DNA from: an uncultured Solibacteraceae bacterium
Lineage (GTDB): Bacteria > Acidobacteriota > Vicinamibacteria > Vicinamibacterales > SCN-69-37
Direction of reading: 5' to 3'
DNA: 35,530 nucleotides
Assembly: GCA_964479175.1 (NCBI GenBank)
Contig: CAYZLT010000002.1
Location: 12,255-47,784, forward strand
Part shown: positions 23,835 to 32,247 of the stretch, piece after piece
Layout of the letters: each line of letters starts with the position of its first letter
Numbering within the stretch: position 1 is the stretch's first letter
Made by a program: the position numbers and the translations under genes
Notes under the pieces: model-generated
The model's database searches: none
Seen by the model: only the letters and a program-made list of their open reading frames with translations
What the model was told of the DNA's origin: nothing

Positions 23835-26546
23835 CTAGTCAGAGAAAAACCCCGAGCCCTTTCCGCGTTCGAGCTGATGCAGAATGTCCGAGGCCCACGC
23901 GAGCACATCGCGACCGGCCACACGCCTCCGCAAGGCCTGCATCCGTCGGCGCACTTCCCACTCCGGCATCTCGACCGCACGCAGCACCGCGTCGGTGAAT
24001 CCGCGTTCGTCGTACGGATTGATGATGAGGGCCTCCTCCAATTCCTGCGCGGCGCCCGCCAACTCGCTGAGAATCAACACGCCGTCGAAGTCGTCCCGCG
24101 CCGCCACAAATTCCTTGGCGACCAGGTTCATCCCGTCGTGGAGGGAGGACACGATACAGAAATCCGCCAGCCGGTACAACGCCACCAGATCGGGCATGGC
24201 AAACGACTGCTTGAGAAACCGGATCGGGCCATCGTCCGGGCCTCGACCGTGCCGAGTGTTGATGTCGGCGATCAGTCGATCGATCTCAATGGAGATCTCG
24301 GCGTAGCCCTGTACTTCCTCGCGCGAGGGCACCCCAATCTGCACAAACACGAATCGAGCGGCCAGATCGGGGCGCGCGTCGAGCGCCCGCCCGATCGCAG
24401 CCATACGCTCAGGGATGCCCTTCGTGTAGTCGAGGCGGTCCACACCGATCCCGACGACCTTGCCCTCCAGCCCCCAGTCGCCGGCCAGACGGGTCATCCG
24501 CGCCGGCAACTCGTCGTCGGCCAGGATCGTCGTGATGCGATCGAAGTCGGCGCCGATCGGGATCGCCGCGACGCGCACCGGACGGTCGCCAAAGTACACC
24601 GTTTCGTTAGAGACGCTGGCTCCGAGTTCGTCCGTCACCGCCTGCAGGAAGTTGCGTTCGTCGCGCGGCAACTGGAACGCCACGAGGTCATTGGCCAACA
24701 TGCCGCGAATGATCTCAACGCGCCACGGACAGATGCGCAGACGATCGGCGTCAGGCCACGGAATGTGCCAGAAGATGGCCGTCCGGAGCCGGGGACGGAG
24801 TTCGCGCAGGTGCTGCCCCACCAACGCGAGGTGATAGTCGTTCAGGAACACGGACGCCTCGGTTGGCGCCTCGGCGGCGGCGGCTTCCGCGAAGCGGCGA
24901 TTGACCTGTTGGTAGGTCTCCCACTCCTCGGCCTTGAACACCGGCCGCACGTGCGCCTGATGACACAACGGCCACAACGCGCCATTGGCAAACCCTGCGT
25001 AGTAGCCGGCCTCCTCTTCCGGGGTCAACCACAGTCGACGAAGTCGATACGACGGCGATTCCGGCGGGACGCCGACTGAATCACGTTCATCGCTGACGGC
25101 CCGATCGGCCGTGCCCGCACCGTGGGCGATCCAGACGCCCCCTCGCTCGCGCATCAGGGCGTCCAGGGCCACCGAGACGCCTCCGGGCGTCGCACGCACC
25201 TTGATCGATCCGTCCGGCGCGTACTCGTGCAGATACGGCTCCCGATTGGACACCACCACAAGACCACCGGCCGACCGGCCCACCTCTCCGGCGGAGACGA
25301 GGGCCGACTTGAACAGAATCGGCCCGATCAATTCGTGCATGGCGATGATCGCCACCATCAACGTCTCGAATCGACCGCCCCACTCCGGGAACTCGGTCGA
25401 CACCAGGATCGTGAGGCTCAACGTGACTCCGGCCTGCGACACCAACCCACGCCACAAGAGCGGCGTCGAGGCCGGCTCGCCGGTCACCAGGCGTGATCCG
25501 ATCATCGATCCTGCATACAGGAGCACCGTGCGGACGGCCACGATCACCAGCGCGATCGCACCGATCGTCGCGAGCGCGTCCACCTGCAGCGACGCACCAG
25601 CCGCGGTGAAGAACAGAATCAGGATCGGTGTGGATCCCCGTTCGATGGCATCGCGCAACACATCGCCTTCGGAGGCCGCGAGATTCCCAACGACCAGACC
25701 TGCGGAGATCGCCGCGATGAGTGCGCCAAAGTGCCACAACTGCCCGACCCCTGTGATGAGGGCACACACGCCGACCAGGACCAGCGTCACTTCACGACCG
25801 ACCCATCGCAGATACAACGCAAACATGGCGCCGACGATCGCGCCGAACGCCACCGACCCCGGAAGTTCCCACAGCAGTGACGCCACAAAGGCCGGAGCAT
25901 CGGCCGATTGCGCGAACACCGCGCGGGCGCCCTCCATCGACAACGCGAACAGCAGAATCAGCGCCAGATCGGCGAGGACCACCACGGCGAGTGTCAATTC
26001 GGCCAGCGATCCACGCGCCCGTGTCTCGGCAATCACGGCCGTCGTGACCGTCGGCGAAAAACCCACCAGCACCGAGGTGACGATGGCGACAATGGCGACA
26101 CGGGGCCAGCCGGCGACGTCCGGAGCAATCGGCAGCCACGGCCACACGACAAACAGCAAGGCGAACAGCACGACGTACGCCAGCAAAATGGTCACGCCGG
26201 CCAGCGTGACGATCGAACGCATGCGCGGCCGCAGGCGGGCGATGTTCAGCTCAAGACCGGCCGTGAACGCGATGATGGCAATCGCCAGACCGTTGATGAG
26301 TTGAAGGTCGCGGGCCATCGGCCGCGTGATGATGTTCAGCACGTAGGGGCCGCAGATCAGGCCAAAGACGAGATACCCCGTGAGCCTGGGCAGGTGCGCA
26401 GACTCGAACAACCATCCCACGATCGAAGCGGCAATCAATGTCACGCCGAGCGCAAGGGCGGTCGCCGAGGCCGTGCCATCGCCCAGGTGGGACACCAGTA
26501 CCCACGCCAGCGCCATGGTGATCGTGAGCGCAGCCAGACGACGCAC
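23835..26546 (-). CDS. otsA: Fusion protein: N-terminal cation/H+ antiporter (CPA) domain plus C-terminal trehalose-6-phosphate synthase (GT20)
   Basis: About aa 1-425 are polytopic with LPRLTGYL…GP, AGLEL, SPTVTTAVIAE…LAD, FFTAAGA and QAGV. From aa 429: VSNREP, NGALWPLCH, DYHL, HIPWP, DRLDYTKG, PSR, DGMNLVAKEF, LSELAGAA, NPYD. One uninterrupted 903-aa ORF. Confidence 0.92.
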   Translation of the reverse strand: MRRLAALTITMALAWVLVSHLGDGTASATALALGVTLIAASIVGWLFESAHLPRLTGYLVFGLICGPYVLNIITRPMARDLQLINGLAIAIIAFTAGLELNIARLRPRMRSIVTLAGVTILLAYVVLFALLFVVWPWLPIAPDVAGWPRVAIVAIVTSVLVGFSPTVTTAVIAETRARGSLAELTLAVVVLADLALILLFALSMEGARAVFAQSADAPAFVASLLWELPGSVAFGAIVGAMFALYLRWVGREVTLVLVGVCALITGVGQLWHFGALIAAISAGLVVGNLAASEGDVLRDAIERGSTPILILFFTAAGASLQVDALATIGAIALVIVAVRTVLLYAGSMIGSRLVTGEPASTPLLWRGLVSQAGVTLSLTILVSTEFPEWGGRFETLMVAIIAMHELIGPILFKSALVSAGEVGRSAGGLVVVSNREPYLHEYAPDGSIKVRATPGGVSVALDALMRERGGVWIAHGAGTADRAVSDERDSVGVPPESPSYRLRRLWLTPEEEAGYYAGFANGALWPLCHQAHVRPVFKAEEWETYQQVNRRFAEAAAAEAPTEASVFLNDYHLALVGQHLRELRPRLRTAIFWHIPWPDADRLRICPWRVEIIRGMLANDLVAFQLPRDERNFLQAVTDELGASVSNETVYFGDRPVRVAAIPIGADFDRITTILADDELPARMTRLAGDWGLEGKVVGIGVDRLDYTKGIPERMAAIGRALDARPDLAARFVFVQIGVPSREEVQGYAEISIEIDRLIADINTRHGRGPDDGPIRFLKQSFAMPDLVALYRLADFCIVSSLHDGMNLVAKEFVAARDDFDGVLILSELAGAAQELEEALIINPYDERGFTDAVLRAVEMPEWEVRRRMQALRRRVAGRDVLAWASDILHQLERGKGSGFFSD

Positions 26547-27725
26547 CTAGCGCGGCTCCCTTCGCCAAAGGGGCAACGCCACCACCGCAAACACTTCAAA
26601 CACCGCCGTGCCGATTGCCACCGCCCACAACAGGGCTTCACCGGACGCCGCGGGAAGGATCTGCCGGAAGTTGAGCGCAAACGCGATCCCAATCACCCCG
26701 GGCGACATCAGATACGCGGCCATGTCACTGGGCCGGACATCCCCGACGATCCGAGCGGAGATCCAGCCGCCGGCCACCTTGCCCGCGAGCCGAAACAGCA
26801 GAAACGGCACCAGCAACCACGCGCCCGCGGCCGACGGTGTCCACAACGCACCGGCCGTGACCAGCAACAGCACCACGAGCGGGTGTTGCAACTTGCCGAG
26901 GTCGTCCTGCACGATGCGGTCGGCGCGGCCAGGGACCATCGTCCACAGCAGTCCGGCCACCAGTCCCACCGACAACGGCGACACGCGCATGTAGGCGGCG
27001 GCGCCGCCCGCCAGCGCGAGCGTGCCAAGCACATACACGCCTCGCTCAGCGACGGACTTCGCGCGTTCAAAGAGCAGCCACCCGATCAGGCCGGTGATGA
27101 GGCCGGCGCCGACGGGTATGAGAGCAATCCACCAGCGATCGGCACCCGTGCCTGTGGCCACGGTGAAGATGCCGGCGGCGACGATGATGGGCAGGATGTC
27201 GTCGAGATCGGCCACACGCGTCGCCACGGCTGCGGCGGGGTCGGCATCCGGATCCGCGGAGGTCGCCGACGAGGCCGACGCGCACAGCCCAAGGGCCAAC
27301 GCGATGATGACCGCCGAGGCATCCAGCGGCAGACCAGTCGACACCACCAGGTACAACGTGGCCCCGGCGACTGCCGCGATCGTCACCAGGCTTTCCAGGC
27401 TGGCCGCCAGCAGCAGCCGGCCGGCGGACGGCACCTCGCGGCCAAAGGCGATGCCGACAAACACGCCGACCAGCGCCAGCGCGAGCGTGACGCTCAGGTC
27501 GAGCAGCGTGCGCATATCGCCGGTGATCAAATTGAGACCGTGGGGCCCGAGCAGCACCCCGAGTGGGAGGAAGACCACCGCCGGTGTGAGCGACGGGGCA
27601 AGGCCCAGCGCCGACCGTGTGCGCAACAGGGAAAACAGCCAGCGCAGAGGCGAAGGTGGCGGTGCACCGAGTCGGCGGTCAATGGGGTCCAGACCGCCCA
27701 GCTCCCGTCGTCGCTGATCACTCAT
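26547..27725 (-). CDS. Divergent CPA-family (Na+/H+ exchanger-like) membrane protein
   Basis: Polytopic, with FLPLGVLLGPHGLNL, ASASS…VADLDD, SPLSVGLVAG and RLAGK. Its stop abuts the GTG of the fusion gene. Confidence 0.75.
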   Translation of the reverse strand: MSDQRRRELGGLDPIDRRLGAPPPSPLRWLFSLLRTRSALGLAPSLTPAVVFLPLGVLLGPHGLNLITGDMRTLLDLSVTLALALVGVFVGIAFGREVPSAGRLLLAASLESLVTIAAVAGATLYLVVSTGLPLDASAVIIALALGLCASASSATSADPDADPAAAVATRVADLDDILPIIVAAGIFTVATGTGADRWWIALIPVGAGLITGLIGWLLFERAKSVAERGVYVLGTLALAGGAAAYMRVSPLSVGLVAGLLWTMVPGRADRIVQDDLGKLQHPLVVLLLVTAGALWTPSAAGAWLLVPFLLFRLAGKVAGGWISARIVGDVRPSDMAAYLMSPGVIGIAFALNFRQILPAASGEALLWAVAIGTAVFEVFAVVALPLWRREPR

Positions 27726-28489
27726 TGGACCCGGAGTGCCTCCACGGCGGCGAGTAACGCAGGCACCCGCGTAATGGCCACGCCGAGATCATCGGGTAAC
27801 GTCATGCCGACCAGCCGACCGTCAAGGGTGTAGATGAAGGCCCCGGCGTTCAGTTGCGGATCGCCACCAACCGACAGCAGCGGCTGTGTCCACCTGGGGT
27901 CGTCGAAGGAATCGACGCGGCCGATAAACAGCGGACGGGCAGCCGGTCCCCCGCGCGCACCTTCAAACACGGCCACGTAGCCCGGGCCGCCGATCCCCTG
28001 GGCGACCGAGCCCAGTCCCATAAACGGGGCGTCTGGCACACGAACGAGCACCAGCCGGCGGTCGGGATCCTCGGTGGCGACCTCGATGCCTGCCGCGGGC
28101 ACGACTCTGAAGCCTGATGGGAGATGGGCGATCGCCAGGTTGATATCGATCCGAAGGGCAGCAACAATCCGCCGATCGGTGGGCGCGGGCGCGACGGGCG
28201 CCGCGCCGCGGCGCGTCGGCGCCGCCGGTGGTGGAATCCGTTCGAGGGTGATCACGGTCAGGGCGGGCTGCACACGCGTCGAGAGATCGCCCATGATGAG
28301 CGCCAGTTCCTCAAACGTGGCTCGCGCCGCCAACCGTTCGATGGGCCCGGCCAGCGGTGACACCACCGCGCGATCGGGTGTCGGATATTGAAATTGCGCA
28401 AGGACGAGCAACACCGCCACGGCGACCATGATCACCAGCAGCAGCAACCGAGTCTCACGGCCACGTCCAGACACGGATGGCGTACTCAT
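27722..28489 (-). CDS. Membrane-anchored hypothetical protein with degenerate trypsin-like fold
   Basis: N-terminal TM, Pro/Ala linker, DPDRRLVLVRV and NAGAFIYTLDGRLVGM, which echo HtrA-type D..DLALL and NSGGPL.NL.G.VIG without the catalytic Ser. Confidence 0.6.
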   Translation of the reverse strand: MSTPSVSGRGRETRLLLLVIMVAVAVLLVLAQFQYPTPDRAVVSPLAGPIERLAARATFEELALIMGDLSTRVQPALTVITLERIPPPAAPTRRGAAPVAPAPTDRRIVAALRIDINLAIAHLPSGFRVVPAAGIEVATEDPDRRLVLVRVPDAPFMGLGSVAQGIGGPGYVAVFEGARGGPAARPLFIGRVDSFDDPRWTQPLLSVGGDPQLNAGAFIYTLDGRLVGMTLPDDLGVAITRVPALLAAVEALRVQ

Positions 28490-28505
28490 CAGGGGCAAGG
28501 TCCTC

Positions 28506-29660
28506 TCATGCGGGCGCGGTCGCCCGCAGGCGTTTCACGACGGCCGCGAACTTCTCAATCGCGTAGTCGATATCGTCGTCGGTCGTAAACCGCCCGAGAC
28601 CAAACCGCACGGTCGCGCCCGGGACGGGGTCGGCACCGCGCAGGGCCGTGAGCACATGCGAGGGCGTGGCGGACGCCGAGCTGCACGCGGACCCCGACGA
28701 GACGGCGATGTCCCCAATGCCGATGATGAGGGACTCACCGTCCACGCCCTCAAATGCGATGTGCAGGTTGTGCGGAAGGCGATGTTCGATCGACCCGTTC
28801 ACCACCACGCCGCCACATTTCTGCCGCAGCCCCTCAAGCAGGCGATCGCGCATCCGCGCCAGTCGCGGCGTTTCGACGGCCATCTCAAGCTTGTCGAGGT
28901 GACAGGCGTACCCCAGACCCACGATGCCGGGCACGTTCAACGTGCCCGAGCGGAATCCTCGTTCCTGTCCGCCGCCCACAATCAGCGGGGCCAGTTCGGT
29001 GCGCTTGCGAACAAACAAGGCGCCACACCCCTTGGGACCGTACATCTTGTGCGCGGTCAGCGACAACAAATCGACTGTGACCTCCGCGAGGTTGACAGGG
29101 ATCTTGCCGACCGCCTGCGCGGCATCGGTGTGCACAAGTGCACCCTTCGCGTGGGCGATCGCGACGATCTCGGCCATCGGCTGCAACACGCCAATCTCGT
29201 TGTTGGCCGACATGATGCTCACCAGCGCTGTCTGTTCGGTCACCACGCCGGCAAGCGTCTCGAGCGAGATGCGACCGTCACGATTCACCGGCAGCACGGT
29301 CACGGACCAGCCGGACTTCTCGAGTGACTTGCAGACTTCGAGCACACACTTGTGCTCGATGGCCGAACACACGATGTGGCGTCGGGTGTCGGGCGATAAC
29401 GCGGCCACGCCCTTGATGGCCCAGTTGTTGGACTCGGTGGCGCCGCTCGTGAAAATCACTTCACGCGCCGAGGCCCCGATCAGTGCGGCGACGCGGCGAC
29501 GCGATTCTTCGACCGCCTCCTGCGCCTTCCAGCCCCAGGCATGGCTCGACGAGGCCGGATTCCCGAAGTTTTCCGTGAAATACGGCAGCATCACCTCAAG
29601 CACCCTTGGATCAACCGGGGTCGTAGCGTGATAATCGAGATACACGGGCGGTCGAGACAT
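28506..29660 (-). CDS. iscS: Cysteine desulfurase, group I (IscS/NifS)
   Basis: YLDYHATTP, FGNPAS, FTSGATESNN, DAAQAVGK, AHKMYGPKG, RSGT, SSGSACSS. True start is ATG 29660. Confidence 0.95.
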   Translation of the reverse strand: MSRPPVYLDYHATTPVDPRVLEVMLPYFTENFGNPASSSHAWGWKAQEAVEESRRRVAALIGASAREVIFTSGATESNNWAIKGVAALSPDTRRHIVCSAIEHKCVLEVCKSLEKSGWSVTVLPVNRDGRISLETLAGVVTEQTALVSIMSANNEIGVLQPMAEIVAIAHAKGALVHTDAAQAVGKIPVNLAEVTVDLLSLTAHKMYGPKGCGALFVRKRTELAPLIVGGGQERGFRSGTLNVPGIVGLGYACHLDKLEMAVETPRLARMRDRLLEGLRQKCGGVVVNGSIEHRLPHNLHIAFEGVDGESLIIGIGDIAVSSGSACSSASATPSHVLTALRGADPVPGATVRFGLGRFTTDDDIDYAIEKFAAVVKRLRATAPA

Positions 29661-29668
29661 GCCTGTTA

Positions 29669-29674
29669 ATTCTA
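29669..29674 (-). promoter_or_regulatory. -10 box of the iscS operon (leaderless or near-leaderless)
   Basis: TAGAAT 8 nt before the iscS ATG, in a 33-bp AT-rich divergent gap. Confidence 0.55.
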
Positions 29675-29693
29675 TTAGATTGAGGGGCTTCAG

Positions 29694-30551
29694 ATGCCGC
29701 GTACTCGCATCGGTCAGATCGCGTTTGTGCTGGCGCTGGCGTTGCTCGTGCCGACACCAGCGGCGGCCCAGCAGACATCCCCGCCACCCGCCGGCACGAT
29801 CTACGAGATGGTGCTCAAAGACGGCACCCGCATCTTCGGCACCGTCGAGCAGGAGACGCCTGATCGGGTCGTCCTCCGGACGACGGGCGGCGCCAGAATG
29901 GATGTGGCCCGGAGTGAGATCGTCACCTTGAGCCTGGCGGAGGGACGCCTGCACTCCGGTCAATTCCGGAGACGGGATCCGAACCCGACCCGCCTGTTTT
30001 TCGGACCCACCGGCCGGTCCATTAAAAAGGGCGAAGGCTACATCGGCGTTTACGAACTGTTTCTGCCCTTCGTGCAGGTCGGTCTCACGGACCGGCTGTC
30101 GATTGGCGGCGGCACGCCGCTGGTGTTTGGCGGAGGCGACCGGCCTTTCTGGATCACCCCAAAGTTCCAGGTCCAAGAGAACACGCGCATCAGCACCTCC
30201 GTGGGTGCGCTCCACTTCCTGAATGTGGAAGACGTCGATCTTGGCATTGCATATGTCGCCTCCACCATCGGCACCACAGACGATGCCGTAACGGTTGGGG
30301 TCGGATGGTCATACGTCAACACCAACAAGAATGACGAGGGCGCGGTGGTGGCGATGTTCGGCGGTGAAAAACGCGTCAGCCCACGGATCAAACTCATCAG
30401 TGAGAACTACGTGTTTAACGGCGGAGGAGTCCTCTCAGGCGGTGTGCGGTTCCTGGGAGAGTCCCTGTCGGCGGACCTCGGGCTGTTCATTCCGCTCGGT
30501 GCGGGTGACGCGATCGCACTGCCGATCGCGAACTTCGTCTGGAAGTTCTAG
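29694..30551 (+). CDS. Exported hypothetical protein: small beta module plus probable outer-membrane beta-barrel
   Basis: Signal peptide (…PAAA/Q), LKDGTRIFG module, amphipathic strands and C-terminal NFVWKF beta-signal; SD GAGGGG. Confidence 0.7.
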   Translation: MPRTRIGQIAFVLALALLVPTPAAAQQTSPPPAGTIYEMVLKDGTRIFGTVEQETPDRVVLRTTGGARMDVARSEIVTLSLAEGRLHSGQFRRRDPNPTRLFFGPTGRSIKKGEGYIGVYELFLPFVQVGLTDRLSIGGGTPLVFGGGDRPFWITPKFQVQENTRISTSVGALHFLNVEDVDLGIAYVASTIGTTDDAVTVGVGWSYVNTNKNDEGAVVAMFGGEKRVSPRIKLISENYVFNGGGVLSGGVRFLGESLSADLGLFIPLGAGDAIALPIANFVWKF

Positions 30552-30554
30552 AAT
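30549..30554 (+). promoter_or_regulatory. -10 box overlapping the upstream stop codon (leaderless lipoprotein gene)
   Basis: TAGAAT 7 nt before ATG 30562; no SD. Confidence 0.55.
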
Positions 30555-30561
30555 GCCCCGC

Positions 30562-31167
30562 ATGCCCAAATCCCTCATCGCCGCCGTCGTGGTGATCTCG
30601 CTCGCTGGTGTGGCCTGCAGCGCAGAAGCGCCTGCGCCGGTCCAGAGCCAGGCCGCCCAGTTCCTGTCAGCCATCGCCGCCATGTGTGGCAATGCGTACG
30701 GCGGACGGATTGCGGCCAATGAGCCCGCAACGCCGAACGATCCCTTCGTCGGCCAGGCACTCGTCATGCACGTGCGCACCTGTGAGCCTGACCAGGAGCG
30801 GGTGCTCGTGCCGTTTCACGTCGGCGAGGATCGATCCCGCACCTGGGTGCTGACGATCCACGGGGACCGCATCAGGCTCAAACACGACCACCGGCATCAG
30901 GACGGTACTGAAGACGAACTCACGCAATACGGCGGTGACAGCACCAGCGTGGGCACCGCGACCCGTCAAGAATTTCCCGTGGATCAGTTTTCGATCGATC
31001 TCTTTACGCGCACCAATCGCACGGTGTCCAACACGAACACCTGGGCGATGGAAGTGCACCCAGGCAAAATGTTCGCCTATGAGCTCTCACGACCGGGACG
31101 ACTGTTCCGCGTGGAATTTGACCTGACGACCACGGTCCCGGTTCCGCCGGCGCCGTGGGGACATTAG
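30562..31167 (+). CDS. Hypothetical lipoprotein
   Basis: MPKSLIAAVVVISLAGVA-C lipobox; globular domain with PFHVGEDRSRTW, LKHDHRHQDG and TQYGG. Confidence 0.75.
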   Translation: MPKSLIAAVVVISLAGVACSAEAPAPVQSQAAQFLSAIAAMCGNAYGGRIAANEPATPNDPFVGQALVMHVRTCEPDQERVLVPFHVGEDRSRTWVLTIHGDRIRLKHDHRHQDGTEDELTQYGGDSTSVGTATRQEFPVDQFSIDLFTRTNRTVSNTNTWAMEVHPGKMFAYELSRPGRLFRVEFDLTTTVPVPPAPWGH

Positions 31168-31204
31168 GGTCCACGGTCCGACAGGGTCCAGGGTCCACGG
31201 TCCC
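31168..31204 (+). repeat. 37-bp GGTCCA[CG] heptamer-based dispersed repeat, intergenic copy
   Basis: GGTCCACGGTCCGACAGGGTCCAGGGTCCACGGTCCC fills the whole gap between two convergent TAG stops. Confidence 0.85.
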
Positions 31205-31656
31205 TACTCGGTTTTGGCGGGTTCCTGCGTGTTGCTGAGAGCCGCCTTGAGGGTGTGCCAGGCGAGCGAGGCGCACTTCACGCGCGCCGGGAACTCGCGT
31301 ACGCCACCAAGGACGGCCAGTTTGCCGACCGCGTCCTCGTTGATCGGCTGATCGATCGGCGTCGTGACCATCTGATGAAACAGATCAAACAGATGCGTCG
31401 CCTCGTCGATCGTGCGCCCCTTGACCGCGTCGGTCATGAGCGAGGCTGAGGCCTTGGAGATCGCGCAACCGGATCCCTCGAACGAGACCTTCTCAATGCG
31501 GTCACCCGCGATTTTGAGCGACAGCGTCAGTTTGTCGCCGCACAGCGGGTTGTGCCCCCGGGCCGACTGCGTCGCATCCGGCAGCGGACCAAAATTTCGC
31601 GGCCGTTTGTTGTGGTCGAGAATGACCTCCTGATAGAGGTCGTGCAAATCCTGCAT
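31204..31656 (-). CDS. sufU: SUF system NifU-family protein SufU
   Basis: LYQEVILDH, NPLCGD, GSGCAISKASAS, FPARVKCASLAW; start ATG 31656. Confidence 0.95.
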   Translation of the reverse strand: MQDLHDLYQEVILDHNKRPRNFGPLPDATQSARGHNPLCGDKLTLSLKIAGDRIEKVSFEGSGCAISKASASLMTDAVKGRTIDEATHLFDLFHQMVTTPIDQPINEDAVGKLAVLGGVREFPARVKCASLAWHTLKAALSNTQEPAKTE

Positions 31657-31658
31657 TT

Positions 31659-32243
31659 TCAGAAAAACCCCAGCGTGAGCTTGGCGGCTTCCGACATGCG
31701 TTCCTTCGTCCAGGCGGGCTCCCACACGATCTCCACGCGGGCGTCGGTCACTTCCGGAAGCGAGCGCACCTTGTGTCGTACCTCCACCGGCAACTGCTGC
31801 GCCGACGGGCACGCGGGACTGGTCAACGTCATGTTGACCAGCACGTTTTTGTCCGTGTCCACGATGATGTCGTAGATCAGACCCAGCTCGTAGATGTCGA
31901 CCGGAATCTCCGGGTCAAACACCGTCTTGATGGCCTCAACGATTTTGCCCTGCAGCGCGGCCGTCTGATCCGGATCGAGCGGACCGACCTGCAATCCGTC
32001 CTGGCTGCTTGCGGGTGCCGGTGCGGGCGGGGCCTGCGCCATCGGTTCGGCCTTCCAGGCGTCGGGAGGCGTGAACGGTGTATCGGTCAGCACGGGCGGA
32101 TACGCCGATGGCGGCGGTGTCGGTGACGGCGGCGGTGTGTCCACCATGCCCTCAGACTCCGCGACCGCGACAGCCTCGGCTGTCTGCTCGGCCGCCTCGG
32201 CCTTTTTGCCTGTCAAGTCCGCGAGAAATGAAAACATGCCCAT
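31659..32243 (-). CDS. sufT: DUF59/SufT Fe-S assembly protein with Pro/Ala-rich N-terminal extension
   Basis: VFDPEIPVDIYELGLIY, MTLTSPACP, VWEPAW…MSEAAKL. Confidence 0.9.
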   Translation of the reverse strand: MGMFSFLADLTGKKAEAAEQTAEAVAVAESEGMVDTPPPSPTPPPSAYPPVLTDTPFTPPDAWKAEPMAQAPPAPAPASSQDGLQVGPLDPDQTAALQGKIVEAIKTVFDPEIPVDIYELGLIYDIIVDTDKNVLVNMTLTSPACPSAQQLPVEVRHKVRSLPEVTDARVEIVWEPAWTKERMSEAAKLTLGFF

Positions 32244-32247
32244 CACA

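Noticed and set aside
23813-23980. Long N-terminal overlap of otsB with the fusion gene
   Set aside because: The Cys/Arg-rich extension is non-homologous; the HAD domain starts after the fusion stop at 23835.
25908-27833. 641-aa plus-strand Arg/Gln/His-rich ORF
   Set aside because: Antisense shadow of two hydrophobic membrane-protein genes.
29661-30215. 185-aa N-terminal extension of IscS in the ORF track (apparent fusion)
   Set aside because: It overlaps a real divergent gene antisense; IscS homology starts at MSRPPVYLDY with a -10 box just upstream.
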